Assembly (NCBI GenBank): GCA_001949185.1 | Contig: BDGG01000004.1 | Span: 4,125,777 to 4,189,776, forward strand | From: Ramazzottius varieornatus | Taxonomy: Eukaryota; Animalia; Tardigrada | Length of the DNA stretch: 64,000 nt | Direction: 5' to 3' | Shown: in pieces, positions 1 through 12,684 of the stretch | How the letters are laid out: every line of letters starts with the position of its first letter | How positions within the stretch are numbered: position 1 is the stretch's first letter | The notes under the pieces: generated by a model | What the model saw: the letters and a program-made list of their open reading frames with translations, nothing else | Told to the model about the DNA's origin: nothing | Databases searched by the model: none | Made by a program: the position numbers and the translations under genes

Positions 1-454
1 ACTTCGAAGCCAATCCAGACTGGACTGCTTCTTGGCTTGGTTGAACCGCCGATGTCGCTGACGGTCCATGGCGTTATCCCGCAGCCAGTCGATCGTGTGA
101 AAGTCATCGTACTTCGCGAAAACTCTTTGCGCGTTGTGGCTTTCAGAACCTGAAGACCAATGGCACGTTTCGCAGTAACCGTACTTCTTAGCTATTTACC
201 ATGGTGGTCGATCAAAAGTAATCTTTCAGTGTGCACATCCCGAACCTACCTCGCCATACAAGACCAGAAACAAAAGAGTAATTTCTTGATTCACCCTCAA
301 GGGCATCGAGAGGAGGTTCCGGTGGGTCCTCGCGATGCTCATTATCGGTTGTCATCTCCACATCAAATGGATTGAAGTGAACAGCATTCTGAGAGCTGAT
401 GCGTTTCGAATCCAGTTCATTGAGGTCCATCGATACCCATTTACCTTCGTCCAT
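1..454 (-). CDS. CLCN3: 5' part of a ClC-3/4/5-type H+/Cl- exchange transporter; spliced, continues beyond the window start
   Basis: The reverse complement of 1-150 reads AKYDDFHTIDWLRDNAMDRQRHRRF, the conserved ClC-3/4/5 N-terminal motif, after a ttcag acceptor. An upstream coding exon lies in ORF 212..490 (ATG at 454, tentative). Confidence 0.85.
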
Positions 455-1774
455 TGTGAGGAGAAGACTTCGGGGTGTATACTTTAGCACAGCAGTAGCT
501 GTCTGTCTAGCGAACTATCATCCACTATGAAGCCTTAATACGAGAAGCATTTCCGATCAGCTTGATCCTCTTTCGTCCGCTTTCATTGTACCATCCTGAG
601 GCTGAAGCAAGAAACGCTCCATGAATACGTTTACCAGTCCGTTTACTACAGGTCTTCTGCGAACATACAGCTCTCGAGAAAGGGTCCAAAGAAAATAGGT
701 CGCTTACCAGACTAGGCCTCAGCTTCATGCAACGTGATGTAGGCGGTTCCGGGACGTCCACGTCTTCAGTCTGAAAGCAGCGTCAGCACATAAGGAATAG
801 CCAGATCGACGGAACTAATCTTCCGTACGAAGCGGGAAAGTACCTGAAGAGGAATGGATTGTTGTGGACATAAGGATTCTAAGCTAACTAAGCCTTATGA
901 GGAAATTGTTGGATTCCACCTTAAAAGCACACAAGGAATTGCGATTTGTGTGGATGCTCTGATTGGTTTGTCCCCGATGGCATTCCACCTGTTTGCTTGT
1001 TTCGTGTTGCTGCAACCATTGATTTTCTGAGTTGGCTTGAAAGACGAAACTAAATCAGGAAATCAAGCTTCCCAAAGAACTTGGTTTGCGGAGACACGCC
1101 CTGTGTCTCTTTCGCTTCCGTTTACTTTTTTTTGGAATTCCTGATCTGCGGGCCGGGAAGGAAACAAAATCTTCCTGTTATCCTATCTTCCAAGTATCGC
1201 GGTTGATCCTGTCCTCCGTCTTATTCCCTGCCCTCTGGATTTCGGGCCTTCGGACCAGACCAAGCAACGGCCACGTCCATATCGGCCTGCAGACTCCAGC
1301 GTCGGCTTGACCTCGTGTAAATATCCTCTTCACCTCACAGGATACTAATTGGGTTTACCGATCTCCGGTGAGTCATTCAGAGCCGCAATATCGTTCTGTC
1401 ACGACAACTCATGCTTGCTCTGTTCATATAACTGCATTTCATAGGTTTGCCTCGTAGGGGAGATCATCATATTAAACCTTGCCGCTACACAGATGTTATC
1501 AGTTTAAGTCTCAGAAGGAGGATCCCTTCACGTGGCATATGAACAATTAAACATCTAGCAACAACGGAAGCGTGCTCTTGAATTCTATCTGCTCCAACTG
1601 GTGGGCACTTCTTTGTCTTCAGAATCTGTTGTTACCTGAGTTGTTTGGTGCGCTTGGTGTTATTCTGTGCCAGCTTTGTTCGGGTTTGAACATGACCGAT
1701 ACTATCATGTGATAACGATATGAGCATATGAAACTCTAACCTGCTTTCTTTTGTTTCAGATCCCCGCCGTCACG

Positions 1775-3139
1775 ATGCTCGAGGATTCTGAATCGACCAC
1801 GGAGATTCCTATTGAGAATGAAATAGAGAAGCTTCGTGCAGAAACGGTCGACCTGGAAGATGCGCCGTTGATTGTGGACATTTCGGACGCCGTCAGCGAA
1901 CGTGACAAAGTCAAATTTACCGTTCACACTCGAACGACTCTGCCAGCTTTCCGCAAGACTGAGTTCTCTGTTGTCCGAGAACATGAAGAATTCGTCTGGC
2001 TTCATGACCGTTTTGTCGAAAACCTGGATTACGCCGGCCACATTGTGAGTTGTATTCACTTCCGTCACAAAGCTTACGCAACCTATATTGATATTTCCAT
2101 CGTGACTTCCTGCTAGATTCCGCCACAGCCTCCGTTCCCCGACTTTGAGAACTCCCGACGCAAGCTGCAGCAGCTGGGAGAGTCTGAAGGTTTGATGACC
2201 AAGGAAGAGTTCGCCAAGTTCAAACAAGATCTGGAAGCAGAATATTTGGCTCTCTTCAAGAAGACTGTCGCTATGCACGAAGCTTTCTTGATCCGGCTGG
2301 CTTCCCATGCTGAACTTCGCAACGACATGAACTTCCGGGTCTTCCTGGAGTACGAACAGGAGGTACGATATCATATTACCGGATAAAATTTTGGTTGAAT
2401 ATGTTCTAAGGGGTCGCTTTTCTAGATTGGCATTCGAGGGAAGAACAAGAAAGAAATGTTCGACAGCATCAAAAAGAGTCTCTTCAAGCAAGCCGACGAC
2501 GTGCTGCTCGCCGGTCAAAGAGACGTGGATGACTTCTTCGAGCAGCAGAAAGGTTTCCTCAACGAGTACCACACTCACGTGAAGGAAGCCGCTCGAAAGA
2601 GCGACGGTGTAGTCTCAGATCACAAACACGTAATCAACGATCACGTGAAGATCAGTTCGTACATGACGCAGCTGGCCACAGCCGAGAATCCTCAGCTCTC
2701 GAAATTCCTGGAGAACTACGCAGACATCTTTGAGAAGTCTCGTAAACTCGAGTTTAAGAAAGCGTCAGATCGCGATCTGAAGTTGACAGACACGCTTTTG
2801 TACTACCAGCGAGAAACACAGGCAGCGAAGGACTTGTGTCTGAGGCGACTGCGAAGTCTGCATGACTTTGAGGAAGCCAACAAGAGCTTAGAGAAAGCTC
2901 GAACAAAAAACAAGGATGTCCATCAAGCCGACCTGCATCGTCAAGAATGCCAGGCGAGGTTCGAGAAGCTGTCGGAGTTGGCTAAGAGTGAACTGAAAGA
3001 TTACCGCGGGCGTCGGGTAGTTGCGTTCCGTAAAGGGTTGATCGAGATGGCCGAACTTCAGCTGAAGCACTCGAAAGCCCACTATCAGTTACTACACACA
3101 TCTCTGGAGGCTTTGAGGAGCGAGAAGAATGGCGTTTAG
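1775..3139 (+). CDS. SNX6: Sorting nexin 5/6 (PX + BAR); exons about 1775-2044, 2118-2362, 2426-3139
   Basis: PX motifs [20 protein letters not shown] and [13 protein letters not shown], then IPPQPP and [17 protein letters not shown], and a BAR domain ending [13 protein letters not shown]. Introns are GT-AG. Confidence 0.95.
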
Positions 3140-3904
3140 TGTTTTCATTTCGTAGTTTATCTCTCTTTTCGTATCGAGACGTTTCTTTATGCCTTTGTAC
3201 TAACTCATCGTTGCACATTGATTTTACAGCAGTCCATCAACAGACCGTCGGTGATTAACGGCGATTCACGCCGTAGACGTTTTTATTAGAATAACATTTT
3301 GAGCAGTAATTCTCTGCATTAGTATTTATTCGGACCATAGCTTATCTCTCTCGATAAATTTGATATGAGCTGGCAACCAGTAGTAGCACGGAAGGACACT
3401 AAAGTTCTGCGATACTTTCCAAAGGAGACTTTCGAATGATGAGCAATTCATGAGAATCAGCTGCACGAAGTTATGTACGTAAGGAAGCAAAGAACTCGGT
3501 GGCTTTGGGCGAAAAAGCCTGGTGTGTGGCTAGAAAAGTCTACGTCGTGCATGGGAAGCAGATCCATTCGTGGCAGGAGAAGATATTCCGTCGTCGGGCT
3601 CGCTACTTTCCCGCTTCCGCTTCGTCGGCGTGAATTTTACTGTCGCCGTCTGGAAAAAAACCACACAATGATAGTCAGTTTCGGCAGTTTTGGGTTTTCG
3701 CATTCGATTTCCACGAACGCACATCACAAACCACCAAGCACAAGCCAGACTTGAAGGTACCAATCCAGCAAAAGCGGCCTGATTTGCTAGCTAACTTCCA
3801 ACTTCAGCTCATGCAACGCGCAGTTGCTTCTTTCAACGCCTCTAAAATATTCAAAGCATGCAAAGCCAGAAGCATAGCATAGCAAACGACTGCAACAAGA
3901 CAAA

Positions 3905-6597
3905 TCACTTGTTCATCCTACTTACACCAATCTTGATGCTCTTCAGTTGTGCCCAGGCATCAATGACTTTCCCTGCTTCCTCGATGTCGACTTCCGAGTC
4001 GAGAGACCGATAATAAAAGGACTGAATGCATTCCTGAAACATCATCGGTAGCACAGGAGAAACCTGAAATTCATGGCGGACCTCGTTAGCCTCCGAAGAT
4101 TCAAGGTGGCGCCACATATTGCTACAGACAACAGCACGGACAGACTTACCTCACTGCGAGGAATATATGTGATAACATTCCGATTTTCTTTGTTATAAAA
4201 CCTTGAAAGAGCATATGCTGTGAGCCTGTGACAGAGTTAGGCCAGCTTAACCAATAAAAGTGCAAACTATTCTAACCCGACTGCGTCCATAGGATTCGTA
4301 GTGCCCATCCCATAGTTGTAGCACCTCATCACCACCACCAAGTTATCCCGCAGCTTCTCGACCGTCAATGACGTAGTTATAACCCGCGGCAACGCAGCAA
4401 TGATTTCTGTTAGAACTTCTTCCTGCAAAGAGATATCCATTACCAATCCATAAGTCGTCGTGAGATAGTTGAAAGTTCGAAATGGTGAAGGAACTTATGA
4501 TACTTGGGTGCTGCCGGGACTCCTTTCTTGAGGATCCGTTTGTCGCAGAAATCGATAGTGCTTCCTGGTGATAATTCGACCGAGGATTTCTTGCGCCTCG
4601 GCTAGTTCTGGACGATCGTCTTGATCCAGGATATCATCGAGGATCTTGTCCTTCAAGCGTTGAAAGGCTACCATGTCTTTGTAAGCCTCGCCCAAAGTGA
4701 AGACCTTGTTGTTGGTTCCCCGATACTTCAAATGACGGCTTGCTTTTACAAGTCCGTCCAGAAGCATTCTTTCCAAGACTCTTGTGACACGATGCTGGTA
4801 CACACGCTTGTGCATGTTGAACCGGATGTTGAACATGTCGTACACATTATCCACTTCCTGGTTGGAAAAGCGCAACGATATTATTTAGACGGATATTATC
4901 AGCACAAACACTCCAACCATCATGTCTCCTACCAAAACACGCGTCCTTCTTTCTAAGTAACTTATAAATTGAACAGTGAACTGTAGTTTACCTTGTCTTG
5001 GAAGCAAATTTGCGGTACGCCGTCCGATGCCTTAATGACGCGCGAGAACATAATACAACGCTGGCAATCAAATTTGGTTGCCATCGCCGTCGCCTTTGCA
5101 TCCCGAGCAAGATACTACAAAGAGGAGACTAGACAGAGGCTTTTTCTACAGATCAACGACAGCGGTTTTACTTACGTCGAACTTATCAACGTCCACACCA
5201 GTGCGCTTGTTCGCGACGATCTGCGGAGAAGAAGAGTTTGCCAAATGACAATTTAAGCATCGAGCAAAATTCTTTTCAGAAAACAATGTCGGATTCTGGT
5301 TACATCATAGAGCCACCGTTTGGACGTAGGGCGAGCTGCGCGGTTCCAGCCGTCCCTTGGATCCCCAGCAATGAGCTCTTTGATGAACTCAACATCCTGC
5401 TTCTGAAGACCATACTGCTCGAAAACAGTGCGTAACTGGCATGAATCCAGGAGGTGGTCGATCATCTCTTCCGACGCCTTTTCATGCTAAAACAACAAAG
5501 CAGCATTGGCACATAGCTTTGAGGCCAACACCGCAAACACATACTAGTAACAACACAAATGATCGCAGCTCGATAACTCCGCTTCTTACCTCCCAATGTT
5601 CGTCCGGGTTTACCAACTTCATAAACCGTTCGAACGTGTGGCTGAAAGGTCCATGCCCTATAACAGAAACCTACATAGTTATTAAGTTCACGAGGAGCTT
5701 TCAATATGCGAATGCAAATGGAAGTACCCACCGAGGTCGTGAAGTAATCCAGCGATCTGGACGCACAAGTGGTCCGCACGGCTGACGTCCAAGTCTGGCT
5801 GCCTTTCGACCAACCTCGCGACGAACTTTCCTGCGGGTTGGCGAGTTTATTTTTGTGCAACCGTGCTTACATCACAAAATCCCAAGTAAAATAAATGGTA
5901 GATTTTCAAACACAGAACGAGCATTATGTAAAGGGAATTTCACTGACAATGGCTCCCTCACTTGTCGCTAGCGGAAGTGACCACGAGCTTACCGGCCAAA
6001 TGACTGACCCCAATACAATGCTCGAAGCGAGTATGGGTGGCTGATGGATAGACCAAATTTGCGACTCCTAACATCCTGAGAGACCCTATGAAGGACAAAG
6101 TCCGTCGTCGATAAATTCCATAAAGCATGCCCAGATCCGTACAAGAGCCAACTTACTAAGGCGTTGGAACTGGGGAGTGTCGATGATCCGAACAAGAAGA
6201 GGATGTACTGCAAAAGGACGAAAAGTTAGCTAAGTTATGTTATAGTTTTGAACATGCAATGTCCGAAGATGATATACCAGCAAATATTCCGTTGAGTCCA
6301 TCGTTGAAACTCTGTAAAAACAATCATGATAAGATACAGAAATACACGAGCGAACTGATAGATCGTCAGGAAAGATACAATGGCATGTCTAGAAGCTTAA
6401 TTTCGCACAGAATCGGTGTCATTCAGTGATAGTCATATCATGAAGTTATGATGGCTTACTTTTCCATATAAGTCTGTTTCTTGTACCACCGACAGGATAA
6501 GGTTCGGGTTCTTCTGGATGGAATCAAGGTAATCTGCCACCTCTTTAGGGCGCGAGGCTTCAACTTCGGAAACGCCCATTAATTCTGGATAATCCAT
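3905..6597 (-). CDS. SAMHD1: SAMHD1-like HD-domain dNTP triphosphohydrolase, multi-exon
   Basis: Spliced motifs [66 protein letters not shown] and [15 protein letters not shown]. Confidence 0.92.
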
Positions 6598-7362
6598 GAT
6601 AGCGGCTGAACGCTCGCGAGACGACTGGGCTTTCTCGTTGAAAGATATTCCGTCCTAGGTCGTAACTTGAAATCACATAAGACCAAGCTTCGAGAACGTT
6701 TCACACCGGCAGCTTCATCGAAACCAACCTGAAACCATAGAAATCACCCCATCAAACGATGGCATATAACTGGATACGCGCAACCAAAGCAAAGAATACA
6801 AATTCCTCACCGAGAAAGCGCCAGGCCACGCAAAGCTTAACCTGATGTCAGTTACGATTCCCGCACCTTCTCGTCCGGAGAATTTGGAGTGTGATGGGCG
6901 CTGGTCAGCTCGCCATCACCGAAGCGTGACAGTGCACCAGCAGTTTGGTTAGTCCACAATCCGCATTCGCAAACGAGGCTACCGCTGCAGTCGTGTCGGA
7001 GATGCTGCGCATGCTGGACTCCCACGTCAAGGTTTCTTCTCGTCTAGCAGATGAGGATGCGGAATATGGAGCGCGCAGCAGTTTTAGCACCTTGACGACT
7101 GAAAGATCCGGAAGAAACAAACAAACAGTTCGAAGAAATGTCAACACTCAAAACGCCACCCGTTTCCACTTTTCGGAAATTTACACCCTGTCGCCCTGGG
7201 AGGAATTCGACAGATGGGTGACCTATGAGAAACGTCGATTTAAAATCGACGTTTCACGACGGACAATGGTGGACATCGGGACTTGTTGTAGTTTCTGACT
7301 GCATCTCTGGTAAGTAAACTATTCCAAGTTACGGTGAGCCCTGACAGGCAAATCTTTCCTCG

Positions 7363-8938
7363 ATGGAGTCGCTGAGCCAGGCGTTATCTCAGAGTCTTAC
7401 TTCAAATGGTGTTTCATCGGGACATCTGTCTTCGCTGGACGAATATCACTCCCCTAGATCACCGTTCCAGGATACCTACGATAGAGCCAGAAAGATTGAA
7501 AGCCAGGATGATAGGCGGCAAAGAATTCTGAAGGATCTCAGAAAAGAGTAAGTGCAAAAAAGCGTCCTGACAGTACAGCGCAGTTACAGTCTTACTGTAC
7601 AGATGGAACTTGAAGCAGTCCGAAGGAACGTAATTTCGTTGTCTAACTTGTCTTCCGCAGGAAACGGGATGAAGCGGTATGGAAAAAGTATGCGGCTGGG
7701 TTTGCGACAGAGCCGGATCAATCTCTTGTCGAGAATAGTGCGTCTCGTCATGAGAGTATGTGTGAAGATTGCGAAGACACAAAACCCACTTCCGGTGCGG
7801 GTTCCTCACCGACCAAGCCAGGCAAGAGCCTTCCTCGTTTAACGCTTTCCGAGTGGCTTTACGAGATTCCTTCGGATTTTGATGACAACTGGCTTATGAT
7901 TCCTTGCCCACTTGGAAAGCGATGTCAGCTCGTCACGAACCGGGTATCGGATGGAGGCGATTGCAGCCCGTTAACGGTCACTGAACTAATTAGCTTGTTG
8001 AATAATATAGCAATAGTGTTTTTGCAGGGAAGAACGTCCGTTCACTCAAAAACCGGGCTGGCCATGATGAGCGGGACATCCTCGTTACCTGGTGGCAATA
8101 CCACTAAGAGGCAATCCACGAGCTTCACGGTTGTAGACTGCATTCTCGATCCCGCAACGAACAAGTTCTTCGTGTTGGATGTTCTGTTTTGGAATGGCAC
8201 GTCACTTCTGGACAGCACGGTAGGAAACTGCCGTTCTTAAACTCTGACAATATACGTTAGAGTGTACTGGCTGTGTGGTGTTGGCTGACATTCTAGCCGT
8301 TGCAGTTTGAATTTCGGATGTTCTGGATCAGGAGCCGTCTTCGTGAACTGGACAGCCTTACTCTGACAGTTGACCACCAGACCGTAAGCAGCAGTTTTGA
8401 CTACGGTGAACTGTCTCAACGTCACGACAATGTTATTTGCGTTTTTCTTCTAGTATGATCTGGTGGAGCTCGCGACTTTCTCTTGCACCCTAGAAATTCT
8501 CGAGCCGTACTTCTCGAGCGAAGAAGCCGCGGACCCTTGCATAGATGGCTTTCTGTTTTACCACAAGAACGGCTCGTACGTTACAGGTAAAACAACCGAA
8601 GTCCGAAGACGACAGTGGATATGAGACGAACTCGTATAATATAACCGATCAGGCGGAATGAATGAAGGATGCCCATTCACACTTTATTTCACATTCTTGT
8701 TTCAGGTACGACCCCGTTGGTTTGCTGGCTCAAACCTTTCATGGTCCAAGAAGTACTTCGAATACCAGTTCGAGCGGACGTCTTGTCTACAAAGCCGAGC
8801 GACTACGTGAATCTGCAAACCTTCGTGAAAGGACTAGAGGCTAAAAAGCCCCCCAGAAGCGACAAAACACCGAGGAAGGCGAAGGCGAGGAACATGAATG
8901 TTAACTTGAAAGAGGAAAATGCGGATTTGCAAGAATAA
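7363..8938 (+). CDS. SNUPN: Snurportin-1 (m3G-cap snRNP import adaptor), multi-exon
   Basis: IBB-like QDDRRQRILK, then LSEWLYEIPSDFDDNWLMIPCPLGKRC, SSLPGG, DCILD..FFVLDVLFWNG, DGFLFYHK and GTTPLVCWLKPFM. Confidence 0.93.
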
Positions 8939-9139
8939 AAATTACGCCCTTCGGGAGCAAGATCGTAGGTCGCACATTCTGCTTCGGAGAATACTGTACG
9001 AAGTCATTTTTTGTTATGTCTACATTTTTGAAAAGGGACATTGTTTTCGGTCGGATCTTCCTGCGGTTTTTACAGTCTTTCGTGGTTTCTTTTACCGATT
9101 ACGTTTTGACAGACTTTTGTCTCGCGTGTCAGCTTCACC

Positions 9140-9949
9140 TCAAGAGGATTTCGATTGTCCAAAATCACAGCCAGTAAAGTCGACAGGTCTCTTGAGCAGC
9201 TCCGAAACCTCTTTCGAAAGGAGATCATGCAGAGTGCTTCCGTCGTGATGGTACGTCCATGTTTCGTTCTCAAAGTCGTACCTCTTTGGACCACTGCAGA
9301 AGGAGAAACAGTAAATTTTGGCCTTAGGAAATACCAAAAGACGCAGAAAACGAATCGCTTGCCTGATTGGAGATGAAAGCCATATCTGATGGTTTGGACT
9401 TTGTTTATTCATGACGATGGTATAACCAGGAAGAAGACTCACGGTCAAAACACCGCTCTGGAAAGATAAACACCATCGGAATGATTTATTGGTTCAACAC
9501 TGCGGATGCAACTTACAGCATACATAACATCGTAATCCGGATTCTCCCTGAAGTTGTCTCCAATGTCTTCAAAAAAGGCACTCAGTGAACCTAGTGTCCG
9601 ATCGGCTTTCTCGTGATATTCGTTATCGCTGAGTTCTGTTCTAGAAAACGGTAAGGTTCGGGACTACATCGCAAGTTATGACAGCGTTTTGGACTTATGC
9701 TTACGGTTTTGTCCTGGTATCTTTAGGTGCACCGGAAAACACAGAATATTTTGGTACAGACGAGAGATCGTGAGGCAAACGGCATCGCTCGAGCAGATGC
9801 AAGATGGAGGTTCGGGTGTTGCACGCACAGAGACTGGTCGATCTGGACGAACACGGCGCTCGTCGTAGGTTCGAGAGGACTGGATTTTCCATCTTGCCAA
9901 TATGGTACAAGGCCGATGATCTCCAACTCCGACCTGCTGATCGGAACAT
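9140..9949 (-). CDS. FXN: Frataxin with an Arg/Ser-rich mitochondrial presequence, multi-exon
   Basis: YHEKADRTLGSL acidic helix, SGVLTVSL, MNKQSPNHQIWLSSPI|SGPKRYD and WTYHHDGSTLHDLLSKE. Confidence 0.95.
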
Positions 9950-12602
9950 GTTGACGACTGGAAGAAGATGGTGTAAGATATCTGGAGGAAAATTCCGGAA
10001 TTCGGAAGCAGTTCATGCAAAGAAAAGCACAACAATCTGAACAAAGTGTGCCATCAGTCGCAGTCAGCTGATTGTTATTGAGCCTCGCGTTTTCCAACTG
10101 GTTGGTGCATGACGTATCAAAGAATTTTAACGTCACGCGGTATCTCACCATTGTACGTAGGCGCATACCATCTGTTTGTCTTGTTGGAGTTTTTCATCCA
10201 TGTTGTTTGCTGGACCACACGTGCTTTATTGACTATGGATCTCCTTCTCCAGGAGAAAGAGCTTAGAACGTAAAGGGTAAAGCAGCGAAGCTACGAAGCT
10301 CTAGAAATGCGCAGGAGGATCCATCTCTCGTTTTGTTTGCCGCCGGAAACTGAGAACTTGCCACATCATGCCGGTTCTGCGTTCAGTTCGTTGTATAGGA
10401 AGTGCGGAGTACACTACCGATATTACAGTTCTCCATAAAACATATCGATCCTGTAGGCGAGCCTTGTGTGAAAGAGAAACGCATGATATCATGGTTCCAT
10501 CTTCCGTCAAGTCTCATTAATCAAATTAAACGGACTTGCCCAGTTGCATCAGCACCATTGACGAGCCTCAAGCTTATTTTGTTATTTTTCCTGTATCTCA
10601 CAGACTCGCTCTTGGATCCACGCGCTGGACGGAAATTACTTCATCCGACGCGTCATGATAAACATCACGAGGAGCCACCAGGAACTATCAAGCTCAAAGT
10701 AAGCTGAAACACACACAGCTTCTCAGGTTTCTGGATGAGCTTATTTGTCAGCGCGGGAGAAACCGTACGAATCTGCACTAAATGAACTGGGCTCTTACAC
10801 AAGCAATGAGGAGGGTCTTTCTTCTCTTGCAGGTGGGATATCAGCCATTCGTGATCGAAAGGCTGTAACGACCTCAGCCGTTAGCCGGCATTTCCTCCCG
10901 CGCTCTAGCTTCACTTGCAGCAATGAGCTCTCCTGCTTTGTCCCCACATACAGCTCTTGTAATTTTCTACAGGCCGCAGCTGAGGCTCTGGCGGAAACTG
11001 TGCATGAGATGGGAGGCGTTCGCGGTCCTTAAATAATAAGTATGCCAGCAGCTCGCTATCGGCCAAAATGTAATCTCCATGCTATATATTTCCCGCTGAC
11101 GTGTGCTTCATTCGCGCTAACATCCGCATGGAGCAGAAGGCATTGTGTGTCGGTTGTTGCCTCTGCGTCGGACTGATTGCATGGCAGGCAAAGCCAACTG
11201 GAGCATACGGGAAGAGCCACAATACTCGCGGTACCTATTTGTACTTCGTTCTAACTGACACGCAGGTTATTACTCTTATTTGTCTCTGATGGCGCTTGAC
11301 GCCTGCATGAATAAGTCAAACGATGGATTGTGTGGACTTCATCGGGCAGTTTCGGATAAAAACCGAGGAGACAACATGTCGACTTCATTTGATGGAATTT
11401 ATGCTGTTACGACCCGTATCTTCTTCCTGTTTCGGTTGTAAAGGAAGCCTTTCCCCGTCCGTACGGCGGCTCTTACCACTTTGATCAACTAACAGGACTC
11501 GTAATATCTATGTGAAGTGCCACTTTATGGAATCATCAGCTTCACATGACCTTTTAGTAATGGATCGAAACAGCGTTACCGCCGTCATCAACTTCCGTGC
11601 GAGTTATTGCTAAACAGGCATTCAGGGATGCGCGGATACCTGGAGCAGGTTCGAATAGCAAAGGTAAGAATAATCTTCGCAGTATCTATTTTTAGCTATT
11701 AGCTAGTATGATACAGGGGAATGAAAGTGTGGATGAAATTGCCCGGTTGGTTAGATCAAGTTTAGCTGCAGCTGCAGCTTATGAAGGAGGATAAAGGATA
11801 AAAGAGCTGCGAAAACCGGCTTGCGTCAAGGATCATGAGGCTCTTGATCACTCGCTATTAAATCCAGCTCTTCGGTCCTTACTATCGATTTCTGCCCTAA
11901 TGATTCAGCATATGGTTCGCCAGACAGCTCTTTTCATTCAGTCAAAGAATGAAGTATGGTGTGGTGATCTTCATGTACTTCCCGAAATCTGAAGCGTGCT
12001 TCTTGTCATTTGGGCAGAGGATATTGAGTTTCCATATCCATCTTGTAGTCTACAGTCTTCCGGCACCACGTAGGCTAAAGACGTCTTACTCGCAGTGTGC
12101 ATTTAAACAAAGTCTAAAGTACGAAGCGGTCAGGTTTTTCACTGACGTATATTGTCGTATTGCTTCTTGACGGGTCCTTAAGGGACCTTTGAGGAAGAGT
12201 ATTTCTGTGTCTGAAGCGAGAAAGACCTTCAAGCTTTGATACGTATAAAGGTATAGCTTAACTATGGCGATATATAAAGATCGAATAAGGATGTTGCAGC
12301 TAAGTAAATCTACTTGTTGAAATTATTGATTGATTCCGGGTTGAACACCGTGATGTGGACTCTCCCCTGTTCAGTGGGAAGAACACTCATATATGGCTTA
12401 CTACCGGTTGAATTTAACGTTATTGTGCGCTCGTGTCACGCCAGCTTGATATCAATATCCTCTTCACGATCACAATGACCTGTCACCTTGTTTTCAGAGC
12501 AGAGAATGTTTCGAAGAAGCACTCCTCTAGACAGTCCTGCGAATACATTACGGAAACCCTATAATACGGCTTGCGAAGGAAAGCATGATGTCTGCGGCGT
12601 CC

Positions 12603-12684
12603 GCAAATGAACTGAACCAAATTATCCTCTTCAGTGGCGCACGTTTCTATTGTTATTAGCTGGTAGTGTGCGCCACTTGGGAAA
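12603..12684 (+). repeat. Dispersed hairpin element, copy A
   Basis: AGTGGCGCAC-gtttctattgttattagctggtagt-GTGCGCCACTTGGGAAA, preceded by GCAAATGA. Confidence 0.75.

Noticed and set aside
1736-2578. 280-aa minus-strand ORF
   Set aside because: It is the antisense shadow of SNX6 exons and has no independent motifs.
12172-12188. GGTCCTTAAGGGA word, also at about 39544, as a TTAA-type transposon end
   Set aside because: The match is short, with no paired terminus or extended similarity.
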